A stretch of 64,000 nt of DNA from assembly GCF_009914755.1 (NCBI RefSeq), contig NC_060925.1, one strand, 5' to 3'. The translations under genes were made by a program, and so were the position numbers. A model generated the notes under the pieces. The model searched no databases. It was given only the letters and a program-made list of their open reading frames with translations, and was not told the DNA's origin. Shown in pieces: positions 57,531 to 64,000 of the stretch (within the stretch, counting starts at the first letter, position 1; each line of letters begins with the position of its first letter). This stretch comes from the human T2T-CHM13v2.0 reference genome, Homo sapiens.

Positions 57531-60008
57531 ACAAGGCACTGTTAGACACTTCGTGAATTCTTGGATCTATTGACATATCAACAACTACACTCTTGTGGTT
57601 ATTAAGACACCCAGGCATCCTTGAAAGAAGAACAAGTGATAATAACTTGAATTTTGTGTGATTAATCATTTTGTGCAAGCCATTCTAGCTTGAAATTGCT
57701 TTTCAATGATTCATTATCCATGAAGAACTGTGGTATATAGTTTGTTTCCACAGTTAAAGAAACTCTCCTCCAGATTCATCTGGAGAAGCTGGGTCTTCTT
57801 TTCCTGCAAATTGCTTCAGTGCTGCTAGCTCAGCATCACTTTCTATCCTTACTGCACATTCAAAACAAATGGGAATTTTAGAATTGTCATACAAAGACTG
57901 ATTAGCAAAACTTAGTAATTCAAATGCAGTGCAAAGTCCCAGAGATATGTCAATCACAAACATCTTTAAGTTGTATTCAAACCTTGAATGAAGATTTATC
58001 TCTTACTAATTTTAATAAAATAATGAATCTAATATAATTCAGATAGAAACAACCCTCAGTAGCAAAGTACTCTGCCAACTTTCATTTATTCATCAAATAT
58101 TTATTGCCCACTCATTCTGTGGTAGGCACTGTTCTGGGTACTTGGAATATATTCTTGGCAAAAGAAAGAGTCCAGATCTTATGGAACAAACTGCAAATGT
58201 TTTCCAGTGAATAATGCATTATAATGTCCCTGGAAGAATGTGGATTCCACTGGCCTTACATTTTTTTGCAAGAATGCCATGCACGGGGTATACACATGTA
58301 ATGGCATGTCTAGGGAACATTACATTAGTGTGGGCCAACTTGGTTCCAACCAGCAACACTCCTGGTAACCTGCATGTTGTCTTTAGGAAGATAAATCACC
58401 TCTAAGGCACAAAATATATTTTCCTTCTGGGGAGTGGAAGTATCAAAGGTCTGTGCCTTCCTTGGAGATAATCAGAAAGTTAAACTCTTCAGAAAGTTGG
58501 GTAAAACGTGGGTAAAAATGAGAACACTGGGAGGTTGTTCTGCTGCCAACCAAACCTAGAAATAGATCTACTGGTTTCTAAGATCTGGACTGTATCAGAG
58601 GCAGTCTTTTATCTAGGAGGGAAAATGGAGTAAGCTTGTGTGTTTCTCCAGGTGGAAAAATCAAGCAGTCTAACTGGCTTCTCCGGGACTCAAAGGACAG
58701 ATAGGGGCCAGGGACAACCCAAGGCTCAGATACCTGCACCAATTGATTTCTGTGGCTCTGGGATAGCAGGGACCTTGAAGGGCAGTATATGCCTGAAGGC
58801 CTTCGACATCAAGATTCAATCTTGGGCCCAACATAGGTCCTTTTACCTCCCTCTGAGGATCATGTACTGGATCACACTTCTTCAAAGGACCATGCCCGCC
58901 CATGCCACAGCTGTCAAAGAAAACCTGTGAATTTGCAACAGGAGCCAGAATAACAGCTGATAATAGATACCAGAGGAGGGAAATAAGAGGAGCTTTGTGT
59001 TTAGATTGTATGTGTCCCTTGGGTTCTTTAAAAAAGCAGAGGAGGAAGGGGTGGTATGGAGGGTAGGAGATGTAGCTCAAAAAGCTATTGCTGAACTACC
59101 TATCAATCCATAAAAGGGAATTGAGCTGCTTTTAATTTATTTTGGGAACAATTTTAAAACACATGTAACATCTAGGAATCTCCAAAATTTGGGGATATTT
59201 AGATCGGTTAATATTTAAAAAGTAGAGAGAAAAATTAGCATTTGTTGAATCACTTCCGTATGTTGAGTATTGTACTAAATAATTTTATCTCCATAAATTT
59301 TTATCAGATTGATAATTCTTGAGTGCCAATGTTTAATTTATTTTATATTTGCCCTCATTCATTTTAAGACCCTGGGCCAGTATTTATCTATTCATCCATC
59401 CATCCATCCATCTTCCTGTCTATCTACATATGTATTTTTGATGTGGGCATTTGTGTGTGCATATCATAAATAACTAGAACTGTAGCTTTCTATTTGCTCA
59501 ATAGAATTCTCATAACCAAATCTTGCAGAAGATGTTCATAGGGCCAAAAATATGCTAAAATGTTTTTCTAATTAATAAATAGTTATAGAAGGCTTTACTT
59601 TGCTAATATTATTTAAACTCTAAAACAATCCTGAGACTTAAGCCTTCCTAAAAAGCTAGGAAGTAATTTAGGTGACTTTGAATCCTACCCTGTATGGTTA
59701 CAGTCATTACTGCCAGGTAAGGACTTATGAAAGAGGTGACATTAAATCTTAATTCTTTTAAAAAGGATAACTACATTCACTAACAAGTTCCTCTTGAGGT
59801 GCCTCCTGTATCTTTTGACCTTTGCTCACCATGTTGAGCTGCACTGATTTTCTTTCTGTTTCTCAAATAAGCCAGTCTTGTTACCTCAAAGGCTCAATTA
59901 TCTTCTGGGAGTGTCTTTTCCTCAGATATTTAAGTGGTAGTTGGCCCAGTGTTTTCAATCAGATGTCCAATTAAATGCCCTCTTCTCAGAGAGGCCTTCC
60001 TTGAACAC

Positions 60009-60355
60009 TGTCTTGATCCATTCAGGCTGCTATAACAGATTATCATAGACAGAGTGGGTAATAAACAACAGAAATTTGTTTCTCACAGTTCTAGAAGTTG
60101 GGAAATTCAAGATTTGATGTCTGGTGAGGGATTGGTTCATGGTTCATAGATGGCTGTCTTCTTTCTGTGTCCTCACGTGGTTGAGGGGTGAGGGAGCTCT
60201 CTGGGGCTTTTTTATAAAGGCACTAATTCCATTCATGAGGGTTCTTCCTTCATGACTAATCATCTCCCAAAAACCGCACCCCAAAATATCATCACACTGG
60301 GGATTAGTTTCCAACATGTGAATTTTGGGGAGGCATAAAGGTTCAGTATATAGCA
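60009..60355 (-). mobile_element. MLT1A-like LTR nested in an L2 fragment
   Basis: tgtcttgatccattcaggctgctataaca...ttcagtatatagca; TSD AACAC/ATCAC. Confidence 0.88.
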
Positions 60356-62829
60356 ATCACTCTGACTAGAATGATGTATCCTCCCCAATCTCATGGCCCT
60401 ACTCACAAAACACAGTAGGTGTTCTGTAAATGTTTAGTTGTTAGCTCATTCAAAAAGATTGTGCTTGATATCATTTGAAAGCTAACATAAGCAACTTAGA
60501 AATACTCCATTCTGTAGCATTCAATGACTTTACTGATTCTGATTTTTCAACTAATCTCTGTTGGGTAATCTCTCCAGAATAGTCACTGTGTGTGTTTGCA
60601 TGTGTGTACATGCACACACATTTTCTGGTGTGAGTTGAGGAGTATGGTAAGTGATAGAGTGAGAGAAAGGAATAAAATAGGTTATAATAAGATAAAATGC
60701 AAGGAAACTGATTTTCAGTACTGCTTCAGAAGTACCAAAGGAATATGTGGAATTATTATTGACTAGAAGTTATGTAGCAGTTTGTGTTACTACCTGACAT
60801 TCTTAAAACTTGTTAATCAGTATGATTTAGGGCACTTGACCATTGGAAAACCAAAGTAAATATTTTGGGGATAGGTTTACTTAGCTTTTGTATGTTTCAT
60901 AAATAATATTGTGATAAATGCCATTCAAACTTTTATATTCTGGTAAAATAAAATATGTTAAACAGAGTCTTATCCTAAAAGCTCTTATAAATAATATTTA
61001 TCTTAATGCTATAGTGATGTATATAAGTAGTTCCATGAAACTGGCCTAGATGTTATTTTATAAATACCTATTAAAAACTAATGACTATCATGAAATATTA
61101 GTACAATATCTAGATACTTTTGAGTGATCAAGTCTTTTTCATATATTTGAGAAGAAACTAAACTTTAAAACCTACCTCTGGAGAAATATTTTGTTCTACT
61201 GAAAATTATAGAAAGGTAATATAATAGCCCTCAATTATAACAGCTATTACTAATAGCTATGTACTTTGTGCTAAGGTGCTTTAGTAAGCAATTTGCACCC
61301 ATCATTTTTAATTTTCCTGTAACATTGATTCTTGGTGGAAAATAGAATTTCACTCAAATGGTTCTACCAAACAGACTTTATTGATGGGGACAGGGTTAAG
61401 GAAACCAACAAATGATACTGAGCTCCCAGAGCCTAGCAACAGTTGCAAACCACTATGATTTGAGAGTGCTTGAAAAGGGAAATCTCACCAGAATCCAATG
61501 AAAGTGGGAGCGCTACTGGAGGGTGTGCCTGACAAGAGCTGAGGTCCTAGACATATTCAGCCACTGTCTGAACTTCATGGTATAAAAGAAGCGGTTTTGC
61601 AGGGAGGAGTAAAGGAGAGAAATAACCCAGTTTCTCTCTTTTACTACCTTCTGATCTTCTATTGGTGCCTCAAAATAGGCTACACTAGCAAGGGACTCTA
61701 TGGATGCAGTCCATCGGTGTCAGCTTACTGAGAAATAGATTAGGGCAGAGAAAGTGGAAACTGATTGGTCATCTCAAGGAATAAAAACTATGTTATAAAC
61801 ATGAAGACACTGGGCTCAGAGAAGTTAAGGAGTCTACCATAGATGGATTATAAATGGTAAGGTTAGGATCTGACCACATACCTCTATTCTTTCTATGATA
61901 TCATTAGGATTAATTAACTCTGGATGAGGAAGAATAGACTTGCATGCAACAAGATGGACAATGGTGGAAAGATTGAAAGAGGTGGTGAAGCTGAATTTCA
62001 GAAAAGAGACCAGGTAAATAAAAGATTGAGAAAAAGTCAGATCAATGGTATCCACTATGGCTCACTGAAAGAATGGTAAATGTTAATAATAAACAACTAA
62101 CATTATGCAATAAATATGATGTTAAGTGAATGGGGAGAGGCTGAAGATGGCCTTTACTCAGCAGACTTCAAGATAGCCTTTCATAAACTGTTTGTCTGTG
62201 TTCAGTACAATCTGTCCTCCTCTTTTCCGTATCTATAAGTCCCTTCTCTGGCAGTGAGAAAATGGGTCTACCTATCCATAATGTATTTGCTTATTTACTC
62301 AGTCTCCTCTCTGTAACTCAACTCTTGGTCAAGCCAGGTGGAAACTTGGCTTAAGACTCCTTGCTGTGCCTTACCTCCTGTTGAACAGGCTGGCTGAGCC
62401 ATAGGACGATTGAAGGAAGGAGATTGAAAGAGAAAGTTCAAGAATGCTTAGCTTGGGATATGCTATTCTCCTGCTCCTTGCGAGTGGCAGTGCCATCAAA
62501 AAATTTTGTCCGGAACCAAAAACCCTGCTTCACCCTCACCCTGCCCCATGTGGAAAGGCTTAATCCACAATAATTTGATAGTGAGTGAAGGGAATGTTTC
62601 CAATTAGCTAGGAATGGTCCCCTGAAATCTTTCAGGTATTGTACCAACTTCTCCTCCCCTTAATTATCTCAGACTTTTTGGCTGAAAATCTTTTAGTAAC
62701 CAGCATTGCTGTTGCTGACTGAAATGAAATTTAGCTTTCAAGGCTGACTATTAATGTGTGTTTGCAAAGCTGAAGTATCAATTGGGATTTAATACTATAA
62801 CTATTTAGGTATTAATTTAGGTTTAATAC

Positions 62830-63300
62830 TATAACAGAAAAAAATCTCTCAAAGTAATAGTGGCTTATATAAGATGAAAATTATTTTACTTTCATATAAA
62901 AGAAAGCTGGAAATACATAAACTCATGTTAGTACTGCAGCACCACGGTATTAGACAGCCAAATTCTCTTCCTTCTATTTTACCATCCAAGGGTGTGGTTT
63001 CCTTCCTCTGGGACATCGCATGATCCATAACAGCTGGTAGAACTTCGGTCATCATGTCATCTGCAGAAGAAGGAATGGCATAAGTGAAAATAATTGGCTT
63101 CAACTAACTGTGGTGACTGTTGTCAAGTAAACTTCCTCAAGTACTGAAAAACTTCTACTGATATTCATTGACCAGAATTTAGTCATAGTTTCCCCACAGC
63201 TGCAAGGAATGTCGGGCAGTATACTTTTTTATTTCAGGTGACAATGTGCTTAGCTAAGAATCTATTGCGGAGGAAGAACGGTTAGGACAGGACTTTTCTA
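62830..63300 (-). mobile_element. Old MLT1 (J/K-like) LTR
   Basis: aatagtggcttatataagat...cattgaccagaatttagtcat...agctgcaaggaatgtcggg. Confidence 0.55.
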
Positions 63301-63405
63301 GTTTCTGCAAAAACTAATACTGGTCAAGCAATGTTGGAGAGCTTGGAAGCCACTGAACGAGAATAAAGGACACTCAGTAGGTGAGAATACTAAATAAGGA
63401 GAATA

Positions 63406-63780
63406 CAGTCATGTGTTGCACAATGATGTTTCAGCTAAAAATAGACCGCATATATGACAGTGGTCCCATAAAAATATAATGGAGCTGCCTTTTCCTGTTG
63501 TATCATATTAAAATCTTTTATACCATATTTTTACTGTACATTTTCTATATTTAGATACACAAATACCATTGTGTCACAATTGCTTACTGTGTGCAGCACA
63601 GTAGCATGCTATACAGGTTTGTAGCCTAGGAACAATAGGCTACACCACATAGCTCAGGTGTGTAGTGGGCTATACCATCTAGGTTTGTGTAAGTATGCTC
63701 CATGATGTTTGCACAATGATGAAATCGCCTAAAGATGCATTTCTTAGAATGTATCTCTGTTGATAAGCAGCTCATCACTG
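63406..63780 (+). mobile_element. Tigger3-family (TcMar-Tigger) MITE
   Basis: TA-cagtcatg...catcactg-TA; caggtttgtagcctagg...ataggcta...ccatctaggtttgtgtaagta. Confidence 0.88.
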
Positions 63781-64000
63781 TAATACAAACTCCTAATTTG
63801 ATAGACAACTCTATTAAATTTTGAAGTCTGTTCTTGGTGTCAACATGTATTAAAAAATACATATGCTCTCCTCTTCAGTGGTCATGAGTTTATATGTAAA
63901 TGGTCTTCCAGGAACTGACTGAGAAAGTAGCCTTCTCTCAAGAACAATAATACTCAGAGTAACAACTACAAGTGTCTATTGTGTACCTATTAAGTAATAA

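Overview
Human (or very close hominid) genomic DNA containing the 3' end of PTGFR (prostaglandin F2-alpha receptor, FP) on the + strand. It covers the end of the last large intron, with two stop-containing cassette exons at 1850-1956 and 3038-3178. The terminal coding exon is 7254-7535 (V267-T359), followed by a ~4-kb 3' UTR with many AATAAA signals, the most distal at 11525. The remaining ~52 kb has no recognisable protein-coding or RNA gene. It is mostly transposon fossils: a decayed full-length old L1P, three truncated L1PA copies, old L1M/L2/MIR pieces, seven Alu-type SINEs, many MaLR solo LTRs (4 THE1, MST, MLT1), LTR3-like and MER51-like solo LTRs, and the DNA transposons MER1B, MER5A, MER91A, Tigger3 and 2 MADE1. 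Most ORFs in the track are repeat-derived or spurious, and I see no new multi-gene system. The best leads are: (1) an apparent ~250-bp gene-conversion tract between two inverted L1PA copies 14 kb apart; (2) a poison exon whose donor was duplicated by an Alu insertion, with a UG/UA-rich microsatellite 10 nt from the donor; (3) two perfect NR5A/ERR sites 21 bp apart in unique DNA; (4) a plausible THE1-promoter, splice, L1 transcript; (5) several small templated or retroposed insertions. Repeat subfamily names are from recalled consensus features and need RepeatMasker/Dfam confirmation.
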